NCBI RefSeq assembly: GCF_032191835.1
Contig: NC_083243.1
Span: 164,610,001 to 164,674,000 of the forward strand
Direction: 5' to 3'
Length of the DNA stretch: 64,000 nucleotides
DNA from: Heteronotia binoei
Taxonomy: Eukaryota
How positions within the stretch are numbered: the first letter of the stretch is position 1; every line of letters starts with the position of its first letter. Below are positions 13,440 to 26,467 of this stretch, in pieces. The translations under genes and the position numbers were made by a program. The notes under the pieces are model-generated. The model searched no databases. It worked only from the letters and a program-made list of their open reading frames with translations, and had not been told where the DNA came from.

Positions 13440-14420
13440 GGAGGGGATGATGAGAAGCGTCACTGTAGCGGTGCAGCCCCCAGCAGCACCAGCTCCACCA
13501 GCATTGCTCCGATAACCCACCCTCCACAAGACCCATTTGCCTCCCGAAAGTAGCAGCGAAGCCCTTGCTCCTCTTCCTTCCAGATTCTCCTTCTCCGCCC
13601 TCCCCTGCCTGCGGTGCTCGGTCCCATCCGACATGGACTGCTGCTGGGAGGGGGGGGGGGCGCTGCGCCCCGCCTGCTTTTGCTCCTGCCCCTCGCCTCC
13701 TGGTCAACAGGAGCCTCCACCGGCACAAGTTAGTGAACATGACGTGGGTCACCCTCCTCTTCTTGTGGGGCGCCAGCCGGTGGCTAAGGGAGCAAAGGGA
13801 GAGCCCAGTCCGTCCGTTGCACTAGGCTCTGGCCCAGCCCACACAGCCAACGAACTCTTCTTTTCCAGCTGCCGCTCCTGCGAGCAGATCTCCCCGACTC
13901 ATGGCCGTGCTTACCAGGCAGGGGCATTAAGGGGCGGGGACTCCCTGCAGGCTGAGGCTGGCAGAGAGGGGACAGAGGACTGGTCGATTCCTGACCGGGC
14001 GCAGACATGGTGAGTGGCGACAGAAGCAGCGCATGTGCTCTCGCAGTCGATGCAGGCTGCCGCTCGCGCGGGCGAAGAGAACAATGGGCGTGGAAGCAGC
14101 GCATGCGCGCACAGGGCAGCGGGCCAGCCAGCAACTTCAATCCTTGTGGACAGTCACGTGGAGTCGTCCCCAGGCAGGCCCGCTGCCAGGTCAAAGACAG
14201 AGTGGGCGAAAGAATCGAGAGGAGGGCAGACGACTCAGCTGGGCTGCAGTCTGCCTAAGCACAGAGGTTTGTCTGGTGGGGAAATGTGTGTCACGTGCCT
14301 TGCTGCTGCCGCCGTCCTCCCACTTCGACACCCGGGGCAAGCAGCTAACCCCAAATCCGGCCCTGTAACCAGTGGATGCAAAGAAATATGGTAGTTTTGA
14401 GTCACAAAGATGGCGTTCGC
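13440..14420. promoter_or_regulatory. CpG island / housekeeping-type promoter
   Basis: High GC and CpG against a CpG-depleted background. GC box 13931-13939, NRF1 site GCGCATGCGC 14099-14108, E-boxes GTCACGTG 14153-14160 and 14290-14297, YY1 motif AAGATGGCG 14407-14415. Confidence 0.8.
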
Positions 14421-14672
14421 ACGCTGTGGTTGCAGAAATAGATACAGGGAATTGTGGGGTGTGGCAGTGGTAAAAGAATTGCTGTCATATCTGCAGTTCT
14501 GAGTTTGAAGGAACTCTGATTTTGTTCTGAAGACCAGGAATCAATTGGTTTGGTCTGATGGGAGCCCTATCCAAAGCAGTTTGTACAGCTGTTCCATGCA
14601 AAGGCCTCAAGCATAATTTTTCTGGGCCCAGGGAAACACTTGTACTGTGTGCACTCCTCCACTAGTCTCATC

Positions 14673-14837
14673 CAGGACTCTTTTTCTGAAAAAAGAGGTG
14701 CTGGAACAGTCGAGAGGGAAATGAAGGAGAAACATGGGTGCACCTCCTGTACTTTTAAACATTTTTTTTTAGAATTTTCTTTCCATTAAGAGTTTCTGGA
14801 ACTCTGTTTCTTTGCATTCCCCCAGAAAAAAGCCCTG
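14673..14837. mobile_element. hAT MITE (cagggcttttt-type ends)
   Basis: Ends caggactcttttt / aaaaaagccctg. 8-bp TSD gtctcatc / gtcccatc. Confidence 0.75.
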
Positions 14838-17204
14838 GTCCCATCCCATGTGTACAGTCTCATGAGTCATGAAAGAAAAAAAAAACAGCCTATTTTATTT
14901 CTGAACTTTGATACACATTTTAATAAGCCTATTGCTTAAAAGCTTCCCTTACCAGCGAGGTGCAGTGACTCCTCAGTAAATAAAATATATGCCTTAACAA
15001 CAAAAATAGTGTAGTGTAGGAATTATTGAGTCTTCTCTCCTCAGTAATCTCATGAGTCCTAACCTTGTACGCTTTTAATCATGGAGCTGTATGTGTTTGC
15101 CTTCATAGGTTTAGTTAAAGAATATTTTAAAGACCACTGCAATTGAAAGAAGGTATTTAACATGCCAAATCGGTTTGAGGCATGAACTAAACAGTCATCT
15201 GACCTGCTTGGACTTAATCAGCACCTTTGCTGTGTCTTTCTGTTGGAGGACCTTTACTTAGCAGAAGCCTGAATGCTCCTGGAGCAGGCACTGTAAAATG
15301 AGAATAATCAGCAATTTTGTTTTATGGGAGGTGGCCCATTAATCCTGGCTCAGGTGCTTTAGGTGATGCACAGTCCCACAGCACAATACAGCTGTTATTA
15401 TTAAAGTGCTTATTAGTGAAGCAAACCCAAGGGGCTGGAGGCAAAGAAATTCATATTTGGAGAAAGCTGTTGCGGGAGAGAATCTGACAGTAGCCTCCAG
15501 TGAAGGGGCTGGAGCATCTGCTGGAGAGTCTGCATGTTATTGTGTACCAGGTGGAACCTGCTTTTCTGGAGGTTCAGCTTAGCTTGGAGGTCTTCCAATG
15601 CTTCATTTGCAACCAAAACATCCAAAGCAACAATGCTAGCTAGCATGTTCTCTCCTAGAGGGGATACTATATTGCACTTCTGTTTTCTGATCCAGGTCTC
15701 TCTTTCAAGGATGGACATATTGTAGGACAAGAAGTTGTAGGACCAGACAGCTGTTTTAATGGGATGGGGAAACATATGGAGAATTGGCTAGAGAAAAGCA
15801 AGCCTTGAGATCATGGACTCAAGTTTCATATAAAACAACAAGCCTGGTAAAACTAAATTGTGCCTTCCAGGTTTCCCCCCTCCTCCTAAATTAGGATAAT
15901 TTCTCAGCTCTCTCATTTTGGCTGAATATAGATAACTGCCTGTCCACATTGCTGCTATACCCACACAGTACATTTTAAAGTAGCCACCATGAGGTTAGTG
16001 GTTGTCTGTCCTCACCCCCATTAAAATTTACCATGACTATTATAGCCCTGGTTTAGAATTTGTAAGGCTGGAACGCTCAAACTTGTGCATGTTGAGCATA
16101 TGCAATTCAGGGGCTTTTTCTAACATTAATGGAGAATGATAGAGCCAGCAGTGGGAGGAGAGCTTCCTCTGTGTTCTGTTCATTGTGATATCAGTTACCC
16201 AAACATTACCCACAAAGGATCAATTTATTGGGGGAGGGCAACAGAGGCCATACCATTTTGATTAGGGTGGGCCAGATGTTCAGCAAGGTACGGTATGTGG
16301 TACAGTCAGGCTTCTCCCTAATGGACAGAGAGATTTTAACAGGTAACCTTACAGTCAAATATGTGGTTCCTCCATGCATATAGCTGAGGAAATACATTCC
16401 ATGAAGACACCAGAACAGCTCTGTCCTTCACCTATACATTAGAAGGTATGAATGCAGCCCATATGAGAACAGATGTATGCATAATACAATTCTCCCAGTG
16501 CAGTCACAGATCCTACTTTTTCAGAATTCCTAGTGATGCAGAGAGACTCATACACACATACACGTTCCCCCTTCTTTCTTTTGTGGGGATGCTCTAACTT
16601 CCCCCTTCTATAATAGATTAGTAAGAACATATATCATCTCTGTTGTTGTTAGCAGCTTTTCTCCAGACAGTGGCCTGTTTTACAAAATATTGTTTGTGTA
16701 ATTAAAGAGCACATGGATCAGGGGGGAAAAAAGCTTTACGCACAATTCTGAAAGCCATTTGTCATAACCTGGCAGTCTGAATAATGGAGAGGAGAGCTTT
16801 ACTTAGCAATGATGCTCAAATACTAATATGGCACAGCACTGAGATCTGCTGCACATCTGAATGATTGCCTATGAGTGACTAGCATCAGATAGGCCAGTAT
16901 TAGTTCCACTGATGCTCTTACTTTGCTCGACTGTAGACACAGAACATGTATATACCATGCTCAGTGCTTTGGGAATACCTTGCAATAAATGTATTTCTCT
17001 TATATTTTATAGCATAGGGCTTGTGTTTGCAATAAACCAACTGGTGATGAATTCCATGACAGCAACAGGCAATTTTCTTTGAGAGCCAACATACATCTTT
17101 GCTTGGTTCCATTATTGGTATTCTTGATCCTATTATTTTGTCTTGATATTATGTTGTTCTTCATTGTAATTGTTGTGGATTTCAGGATGAGAGGATTAAA
17201 ATGT

Positions 17205-18665
17205 ATTCTGACAATACTGGGAAAGTTGGTAGAAACCATTATCAAAGAGACAATGAGTAGGCACATTGATGAACACAAGTTATTGAGGAAGACTCAGCAT
17301 GGGTTCTGTAAGGGAAGATCTTGTCTCACTAACCTGTCTTTGAGGGAGTGAACAAACATGTGGACAAAGGGGATCCAATAGATGTTGTTTACCTTGACTT
17401 CCAGAAAGTTTTTGATAAAGTTTCTCATCAAAGGCTCCTTAGTAAGCTCAAGAGTCAGGGAGTAAAAGGGCAAGTCCTCTTGTGGATCAAAAACTGGCTA
17501 ATTAATAGGAAGCAGAGTATAAATGGGCAATTTTCGCAGAGGAAGATGGTAAGCAGTGGGGTGCTGCAGGGCTCAGTACTGGGTCCCATGCTCTTTGACT
17601 TGTTCATTAATGATTTGGAGTTGGGAGTAAGCAGTGAGGTGGCTAAGTTTGCGGATAACACTAAATTGTTCAGGGTGTTGAAAACCACAGAGGGTTTTGA
17701 GGCACTCCAAAGGGATCTGTCATGGCTGGGTGAGTGGGTGTCAGTGTGGCAGATGAGGTTCACTGTGACCAAGTGCAAAGTAATGCACATTGGGGCCAAA
17801 AATCCTAGCTGTAAATACAAGTTGATGGGGTGTGAACTGGCAGAGACTGACCAAGAGAGAGATCTTGGGGTCATGGTAGATAACTTACTGAAAATGTCAA
17901 GACAGTGTGCGATTGTAATAAAAAAGGCCAACGCCATGCTGGGAATTATTAGGAAGGGAATTGAAAACAAATCAGCCAGTATCATAATGCCCCTGTATAC
18001 ATCGATGGTGCGGCCTCATTTGAAGTACTGTGTACAATTCTGGTCACCACACCTCAAAAAAGATATTATAGCATTGGAAAAAGTGCAGAAAAGGGCAACT
18101 AGAATGATTAAAGGGTTGGAACACTTTCCCTATGAAGAAAGGTTAAAACGCTTGGGGCTCTTTAGCTTGGAGAAACGTCAACTGCAGGTTGACATGATAG
18201 AGGTATACAAGATTATGCATGGGATAGAGAAGGCAGAGAAAGAATTACTTTTCTCCCTTTCTCACAATACAAGAACTCATGGGCATTCAATTAAATTGCT
18301 GAGCAGTCAGGTTAGAACTGATAAAGGGAAGTACTTCTTCACCCAAAAGGTGATTAACATGTGGAATTCACTGCCACAGGAGGTGGCGGCAGCTACAAGC
18401 ATAGCCAGCTTCAGGAGGAAATTGGATAAACATATGGAGCAGAGGTCCATCAGTGGCTATTAGCCACAGCATATTATTGGAACTGTCTGGGGCAGTGATG
18501 CTCTGTATTCTTGTGCTGGGGGGGGCACAGTGGAAGGGCTTCTAGCCCCACTGGTGGACTTCTTGATGGCACTTGGGGGTTTTTTTGGCCACTGTGTGAG
18601 ACACAGAGTGTTGGACTGGATGGGCCATTGGCCTGATCCAACATGGCATCTCTTATGTTCTTATG
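17205..18665 (+). mobile_element. CR1 LINE, 5'-truncated (ORF2 RT fragment, 3' UTR and tail)
   Basis: ORF 17348-18463 has CR1 RT motifs (YLDFQKVFDKV, QGSVLGP, KFADNTKL, RPHLKYCVQFWSP). One frameshift near 17340. Tail tcttatgttcttatg. Confidence 0.95.
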
Positions 18666-20240
18666 ACAAGAGTTCTTCTGGTTGTTCAGTGGAATGCTGC
18701 AAAATCTAAGGTAAAGTCATAGCCTCCTTCTGTGAACCTGAAGGGGTCACCTGTTTCCAAGGAAGTTCTCATTGGCCACTGACAATGCTATACCTCTCCC
18801 CCTGGTATAAAGCTATAACCAGAGGAATATCCTTCAAGGCCAGGAACTGGCAACCTTAATGTGCTGAGAAATGACTTATAATGTATAGACAAAGCAGAGT
18901 CTGGGGGACAGGCCCACATCAGGAGGTTAAAATACAAAATGAATGGAGATCCTTGTCAACTTGGTACCAAATAGAGCTTTATCTCTGAAGAGCAGAGTAG
19001 AGAATCGAAGATAACCCAGTTTCTTATGGTCATTTTGTTAGAAGGCTATCTCTCATGCTAGGTGGAAGCCCATTAATGAAGCATTATGGGAAGGAAGGAA
19101 GTTGGCTGTTTTCCCTGTATCTTTTTAGCAGTTGAATCAAGAAGCCTTTGCCCTCAGGGCTGTCAGCCTGGCACCTGTTGCTCAATTTAATGAGAGGAAA
19201 AGAAAGGTACTGCATATAGTGCACTTGTACAGTAAATCTACTTTTATTTTCTATGTAAATAACCTGTCATTCTAAACTGACACACGTCTGGAAAATGGCC
19301 AATAGTGAAATGGTGTGCTGGGATCAAAGAGGGTGCTATGCAGGGAGCAAACCCAGCATCCTTACCAGTGCATAGCCTGAGGTAAATGCTTGGGAGCTGG
19401 GTCAGTGTTTCACAGGAATATGGCTGCTGTCTGACCAATATGGTGCTGACCTAGCACCCCTATTTGCCCCTGAAGATTCCATGCCATGACTGTGTGGGTA
19501 AGTTTTCAGTCCCTCCTTTCCCTCAGTTACCACTCACTGGTAACAGCCTCTGATTTCCTGCCCGCTACCTTTGAAACTATTTGTGAATTGCAGGATCTTG
19601 TATTATAGCTTTGGGACAATTTTTTGCTATTAAAACAGATAAAAGGATCTCTGAAATTTGCCTGAGGGAAGCCTTCATGGTTTCAGTTGTTTGGTAGCCA
19701 ACTCTGTGGTCAGACCCTCTGACATTTCTGCTGCAGGGTGCTATGAACCTCACTGGTGGTCTTAGCTATGGGGCAGACAGGGCAGATGTTCCAGACTCCT
19801 TGCTGGGAGTTCCCAACCACCATGGAGCTTCCTTGGCTGCTACCATTGTTGCCCTAGCCAACTTAGGAAGGAATGGTGCCCCCCTCAACTGCTTGTGCAA
19901 CTGGTCTGCCCCTGCCCTGGGTGCATGGTGACTGATTCAAGGAGAATGACAGAAGGGAAGGAGGCACTCTATTGTTGCTCACAAGCTGTGCCAGCCAGAC
20001 CCAGACAGGCAGCTGACTGGCTGGTGGGCAAGCAGGTAGGCACTGTGCAGTTCCTCTTTTATGTCCCAGTCCTATATTGTTGCCAGCAAATATGGTCTTT
20101 GCTTATGCAGCCAGCTGCCCTCAGTGCTTGACTGGATGGTGCATCAGGCTGCAACTCATGGGAGGAAGGTGGAATACCTGCAGTAGTGCATCATATGCAC
20201 CTTGCCTCCTGTGGCCCACAAGCAACCATCCTCACTAATC

Positions 20241-20450
20241 ATATGAACATATGAAGCTGCCTTATACTGAATCAGACCCTTGGTCCATCAAAGTCAGTAT
20301 TGTCTTCTCAGACTGGCAGCAGCTCTCCAGGGTCTCAAGCTGAGGTTTTTCACACCTATTTGCCTGGATCCTTTTTTGGAGATGCCGGGGATTGAACCTG
20401 GGACCTTCTGCTTCCCAAGCAGATGCTCTACTGAGCCACCATCCCTCCCC
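20241..20450 (-). mobile_element. tRNA-derived squamate SINE (Squam2-like)
   Basis: Minus-strand tRNA head (B box ggttcaatcccc) and CR1-like (ttcatatg)n tail. Confidence 0.75.
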
Positions 20451-20683
20451 ACCCACTACTCCTTTAGCAAACAACTCATAGGTGACTAACGCATGTAATG
20501 GTGCAAATAAATGGGGTGTTGGGTGCCCCATCCTTTCCTCCTGTTCAGGGCCTCAGAATTATTAAAACTGCCTCTGGTTGACCCTGCCACCATTTTGAAT
20601 GCAGTTTTTTCAAACCTCCAAACAGGAAAGACTTCTCATATACATTCAAAAATCATATAAGAAACAAATGCTCAGGATTGCTC

Positions 20684-21212
20684 AGTTGTTGCTGTTTGTT
20701 GTTGTTCAGTCGCACAGTCAAGTCTGACTCTTTGCGACCCTGTGGACAAAGTCACGCCAGGCCCTCCTGTCTGCCACCATCCTCCGAAATGTGCTCAAAT
20801 TCGTGTTTGTTACATCAGTAACGCTGTCCAGCCGTCTCATCTTTTGCCATCCCCTTTTTCTTTTGCCTTCTGTCTTTCCTAGCATCAGGATCTTCTCCAG
20901 TGAGTGCTCCCTTCTCATTTGGTGGCCAGAGTATTTGAGCTTCAGCTTCATCATCTGTCCTTCCAGGGAACAGTCTGGATTGATTTCCCTTAGGACTGAC
21001 TGATTTGATCTTCTTGCAGTCCATGGGACTTGCATGTTTCTTCTCCAGCATCACATCTCAAAAGCATCTATTCTTCTGTGCTTGGCCTTCTTTGTGGTCC
21101 AGCTCTCTCAGCCATACATTGCTTCTGGGAATACTATCGCTTTGACTATATGGACTTTTGTTGGCAGGGTGATGTCTCTACTTTTTATTATCCTGCCCAG
21201 GTTCATCATAGC
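20684..21212 (-). mobile_element. BovB/RTE LINE 3' fragment
   Basis: Translation LKYSGHQMRREHSLEKILMLGKTEGKRKRGWQKMRRLDSVTD...AWRDFVHRVAKS is the BovB ORF C-terminus; (CAA)n-like tail. Confidence 0.92.
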
Positions 21213-24042
21213 TCAGTACAGCGCTAATATTGGTATTGCAGCAGCAATTCCTACTTTGTCTATCAAGTCTCCAATATATGGCTAAATGGAGAATGGCCTA
21301 TTACACAAGGGTGTTTTCTCTTACTTTCACTGTGCATGTCTGTGGGATTTTCCTTTTCGTTCTGCATTGATTTTCCTCCCTTCAGCACTCAGTTTGCCTT
21401 CTGGTTGCTGGATTTTCTGAGATTGCTTTTGTACTGATCTTTCCCTTGTTTTGCTTCCAAGCTGAAGATAATTCAAAAGCATACAGATTCCCTTGGATTC
21501 CCCCTCCTGTCCTTTTGCTTCCCCTCAAAGGTCACTCTCCCACCCACATCAAGGTCATTCCACCCCTCTGCAAGCTCCATTGATTACTTTTTCCTTCATT
21601 ATTTTAAATTTAATTTTTTTACAAGTGGCGTGAGCCTAGAAATATGAGACTATCACTACTCTCAAATAACTGAATTAAAAAAAAAATGAGGGGTGGATAA
21701 AAAAGTTGTGCCAGGGGATGTGGTCTGTCTTATGTGCTTCTGTTCATAGTGTCGGAGATAGTTAGATGGCCAGGAACATCTAGTCTCAGACCATGCCAGT
21801 TAGGTATCGTAAAGACAATTTAGTACATCCTCTTTTATTGTTGGTTTTACCAGAACATTTGAAATATGTATACTAAGCAAATTATGTCCAACGATCTAGG
21901 TAGATCTAACCAATTTTATATTTTTCTCCTGCTCAGTGAGTGATACAAGGAAATTACCTTTAAAGTAGCCAGATTTTGTGCCTTGGCATATTCTGTTAGA
22001 CAGAAAATGTTATCATTTTAACAAACTTGATTGAACCAATGTATATATCTTAAGGGTATGTTTCCTGAAGAGTCAGTTTCTGATCTTGGATTGTAATAAA
22101 CTGACTGACTGACTAGTCTTAGATCACTGGATTTAAAAAAAAATGATGGGGAAAGTTTAAAAGGAGCTGCACAAAGTTTAGTTGTTGGTATTGACTTGAA
22201 AGGGGGATCAGAGAGGAGGCAAATGCCAGCATCCCTATTGCAACAATTAAAAAAAATAAAGGATTTAAGTGCTGCATGGAAACAAAATTGGGGAGGGGGG
22301 TCAGCATGGAATGAAATTGCAATGAGATGTAAAGAAAGAAAGACATTGGGATGGGAAGCCTAAAGCTTTGAAAACATTTTTCCCCTTATTGCTTCAGTGA
22401 AGAAAGTTAGAAGGGGGGCAATTTTGGCAGTCTCCAAAAGCCTAAATTTAAAATGGCTGAGCCCCATGGGCCTTCTGCAAACTGCTGGACTTAATAATCA
22501 CTTGGGATTGATCCATTTGGTGGAAAGAGTGCAATCGGCACAGCCAAGATCACAACCAGTGTGCAGGATTAGATGAGAGAATCACAAAGAGAAAACCGTG
22601 CAAATTTGTGTTGGAGGGCAGGAAATTAGCATTATCATGCAGCTGCACTAGGGGGCATTGGCAAAAATATCATTTTTTACAGTTTAGTGGCATGAGTCTA
22701 AAACAAGCTTTCCAAAACTTCTGCTAGAGGACTCCTCCTGCATCCAAATTGCAGCTCTGTACAAAGCATGGTGGAGTTGCAGCTGACTTTGCATAGGTGC
22801 GCACTCACCTACCCACCCACATTTTGCCAATGATCATAGCTTGCAATGTTAGTGTCATTATGTTCTACTGCACATTCTGTACGCTCAGTGTGTTCCCCCA
22901 TATGATGAGATTGTGTGACTCTTTCCCATTATTCATGGTGGCCGATAACACAGCAGAGAATCCCATAGTACTTGGCAAGGAGGGAGGAGCGTTGCAGCTG
23001 CTCTTCTCAGTTTCAACATGGTTTCCCCCCTCTCATTGCCTGCATTTTCTTTCATTCAACTAACCCTCCATTTGGAAAGCTAGTCCTTATACTTCCAAGT
23101 GTATAAATGTTCAGTTCCTTTCATTCAAAGTTTTAGCTTGTTGGTACACCCCCCCCCCCCAAAAAAAACAACTGTCTTACATTCACCTGGATTCAACATC
23201 ATCATGCTGGAAATTATGTGGATCCCCATGGCTCTTACTTCCACTGCTGGTGGGGGTGCCTTATTATTCACAATTTCTGGAAGAAAGTTGTCTCTTTTAT
23301 TCATAAGTTGTCTGGCTGTGTGGTCTCACTCAAACCTGAAACTTTTACTTTTTTACTGGCCTGATGACAGAATCCCTTCCTGCCTGAAGGACTTAATTTT
23401 TTTCTTTTTAACTGCAGTCAAGCTCACTATAGCCTGCGTTTGGAAGACTCCAGAATCTCATAAACTCTCTAATTGGTTTAAGGTTGTATGAGATTTTTTT
23501 GTAAGGGAAAGGCCTGCTGATCATATTAATTGTATTCAAAAACTCTCATTTTGACTCTGTGTTTTATACTACGTGGGAGCCTTTACAGTTTATTTATAAA
23601 GATTCTGTGTTTCGATCTTTTAATGCTAACACTAGCAAAATCCTGTATTTTTTTTGACTGTGTTACATTTTGACTTCACCTGTATTATTTGTAAGCTTGT
23701 GTCTTACCTGGTGTGTCTGTCCATGCAGATATTGTTCCTGTTCCAAGTTCTCAGATGAAAAATAAAAAACTGAAAAAATGAAAAATAAAGTATTGTTAAA
23801 AAAAACAAACCTAACCCTAAAATCCATGAGCAAAAACCGAACCATGAGGATTTAAATGGAAGGGGCATGTTGGATGCTGCACAGCTACATTACATTTCAA
23901 ATGAGTAAATTTTTAAAAAAGGATGCCATCCCTCACATGTCACAAGCGATGTTTCCACCCTGATTTAGAATAGTGCGGGTTTTTAAAAATTGTAGCTGCG
24001 GAATAAATACACTGAAGGAAAAAGAATGGTGTGTAAGACAGG

Positions 24043-24446
24043 CACAGAATCCCCAGAGAGTACTGAGATCGGGAACTCAAAATTTTCTCGCTATCCCTGG
24101 GCCAAAAGAAGCCCGCCTAAAATCTACTAGGGACAGGGCCTTCTCTGTTATGGCCCCTACATGGTGGAATCAGCTGCCGGAGGAGGTGAGGGCCCTGCGG
24201 GACCTTGTTCAGTTCCGCAGGGCGTGTAAGGCAACCCTCTTCCAGCTAGCTTACACCTAACTGATATGAGAAACTAAATGTAGCTTTACCAGACTCCTGT
24301 TATACATACTGTTGTAATGTTTAATGTTTTTAAGGTTTTAAATGTTTTAAATGCTTATATATTTAAATGCTATTTTACTTTTATGTTTGACTATCTGTTG
24401 TGAGCCGCCCTGAGCCACTTTGTGGGAAGGGCGGGATATAAATCAT

Positions 24447-24475
<29 letters not shown>
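24043..24475 (+). mobile_element. L2-clade LINE 3' fragment with (AAAT)n tail
   Basis: RDRAFSVMAPTWWNQLPEEVRAL...FRRACKATLFQLAY, then tgtgagccgccctgagcc and (aaat)n at about 24447-24475. Confidence 0.9.
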
Positions 24476-24477
<2 letters not shown>

Positions 24478-26289
24478 GAAGTCAAATTTAAAAGCTTACT
24501 GCTCAGAAAATCTGCATTAAGCTGTGCATGCATAATGACCTAATGTCTATTGAGGGTTTGAAGAGAGGGCAGGTTTTCTCCTCTACTTCACGTTTCTGCT
24601 GTTGTGGTCCACTGTGTGTGTGTGTGGGGGGGGGGACTGCTTTGCAAAAGAGAGCTCTGAACGTATATCCCTTCCCCCTTTTCACAGCAACATGTGAGAG
24701 AAGAGGCTTCTTTCTCTCTTTCTCTGTTCTCAGATGGGAGTGCATGCTGCTTCTTCCCTCTGGCTGTGCCAGTGGGAAGTGGGATGAAAAAGCCTGAGGT
24801 ATTTATTGCAAGAAAGCAGCGGTGAAAGAAGAGAGCAGAGGAGGGCTTAAAATGAGCCACTGGCAAGTGATGGTTTGCAGGGAAGGTATTTGCAAAGTTG
24901 CTGACAGATCACTCAAGGCAGACAAATGCAGAAAGGAATGGAAACAGGCATAGTCACCAGCCATCTCATTGCACAAATCACTCCCAGGAGAAAGCAGAAT
25001 CCAAATGCTAAACTGGTCTGTATGTGCAGTACTTGTGCTGCAATCCTGTCTGAAGCCAAAAAATCACTGCAAGTAATCATTTGTAAAGCTGGGGAAAACG
25101 TGGGAGTGCAAAAAGTTCGGGAGATATTTCAGCTCAGCTCAGATATAATGCAAAGGCATGATTTATTCTCATTATGGTTCATTTGTAAAACCAGGGTTCA
25201 GATAACTGAAACCCCAATTTTCTTTGACAAATGCTGTCTTTCTTCTTCACTCTTTGCCTTGCCTCTCTGCAGAGATCTGCTTGGTGTCCTGTTCTGCATT
25301 GCAATGAAGGCAGTGCCTGGGAAGAAGCCGGTATTAAGTCCAGATGTTAACATCCATGTGTGTGTCATATGAAACTATTGTTAAGACTAGTTGTGGTTAA
25401 TAAACCAACTTCAAACCATTGTTTCAGATCCTGCTTTGAAGTACTTTAACTAATTATAAGTAGAATGCCCAGCATTTGGGTGATCATAGTTAAATTAAAC
25501 TGTGGTTTCAGCTTCAGGTGTGGTTTCAGGTGCATCTTGATTATCTGGAATAACTGTGATCAAACGGTGTCAATTCTAGAGAAAATGGCTAATGTGTGGA
25601 AGTTCCCTAGGTAAGGTCTGACAGGTAGCATGTCTTCTTGGAGTTGCTGATGCCTGAGGTGAGAAAGGAAAATGGCAGAAGAATGTGCTGCTCCGAACAA
25701 TTTCCTAACGTGAAATGGTTTATGTTGCTGCTGTGAGAGGAAAAGGAATAGAACAGCAAGAGGGCAGGATGGAGTTTTTTCCCCTCATCCCCACTTCTGA
25801 GAATTTTGGGCTTCTGATAAAATTATCCCAACTTAAAAACGGGTAGAGTCATTGGTTGGCATGGCTAAGGGGTAGTGGAGCAGGGGGTAAGTGCCTCAGG
25901 AAAGGTTTCATACTGGGGTTGAGGGTGCCCCCAATGGAGGCAAAAATGGGAAGCTGGGGACTTGGGAACCCTATATTGGTCTGACCATGGATGAAACCCA
26001 AGGAAATGTCCCAGTAGAGTGGAAGGAAAGGGGAAGGGCTTAAAAGAGGGAAGGCTGGAGCTGCCAACCAATTGGCTGTCAACCTCCTCCTCTTTAGGTT
26101 GGCCTTTGAAAGCCAGGGAAAAGCTGCTGAGGAGACCTGACTTACCTCCAGGCAGTGGATGAATAAGTAGGGGAAAAGAGGAGGAGGATGGGGATGAACC
26201 TTGAACCCATCCGCTTTTTAAAAGGAGCAGGGAAGTGACCCACTGTACAGGGCACTAGACTGGTGTAAGGGAACTTGAATGTGGCTGTG

Positions 26290-26467
26290 GCTTCATGGAT
26301 GAGTATCTGCTTTGCATGGCGAAGGTCCTGGGTTCAATCTCTTCTATCTCCAGTTAGGAAGATCAGGTTGTAGGTGATTGAAAAGATCTCCCCCAAGACA
26401 CTGCTGGGCTGAAAAAACAATACTAACCTTGATGGACCAATGATCTGATTCAATATAAGGAAGTTTC
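26290..26467 (+). mobile_element. Degenerate copy of the same SINE as 20241-20450
   Basis: gaaggtcctgggttcaatc head; ccttgatggacca...tctgattcaatataagg 3' part. Confidence 0.6.

Noticed and set aside
13207-14394. Many overlapping 80-180 aa ORFs
   Set aside because: Expected from low stop-codon frequency in a GC-rich island; no homology to PKP3 or IFITM proteins recognised.
24926-25372. 148-aa plus-strand ORF
   Set aside because: No recognisable domain, no convincing splice or promoter context, and composition like non-coding DNA.
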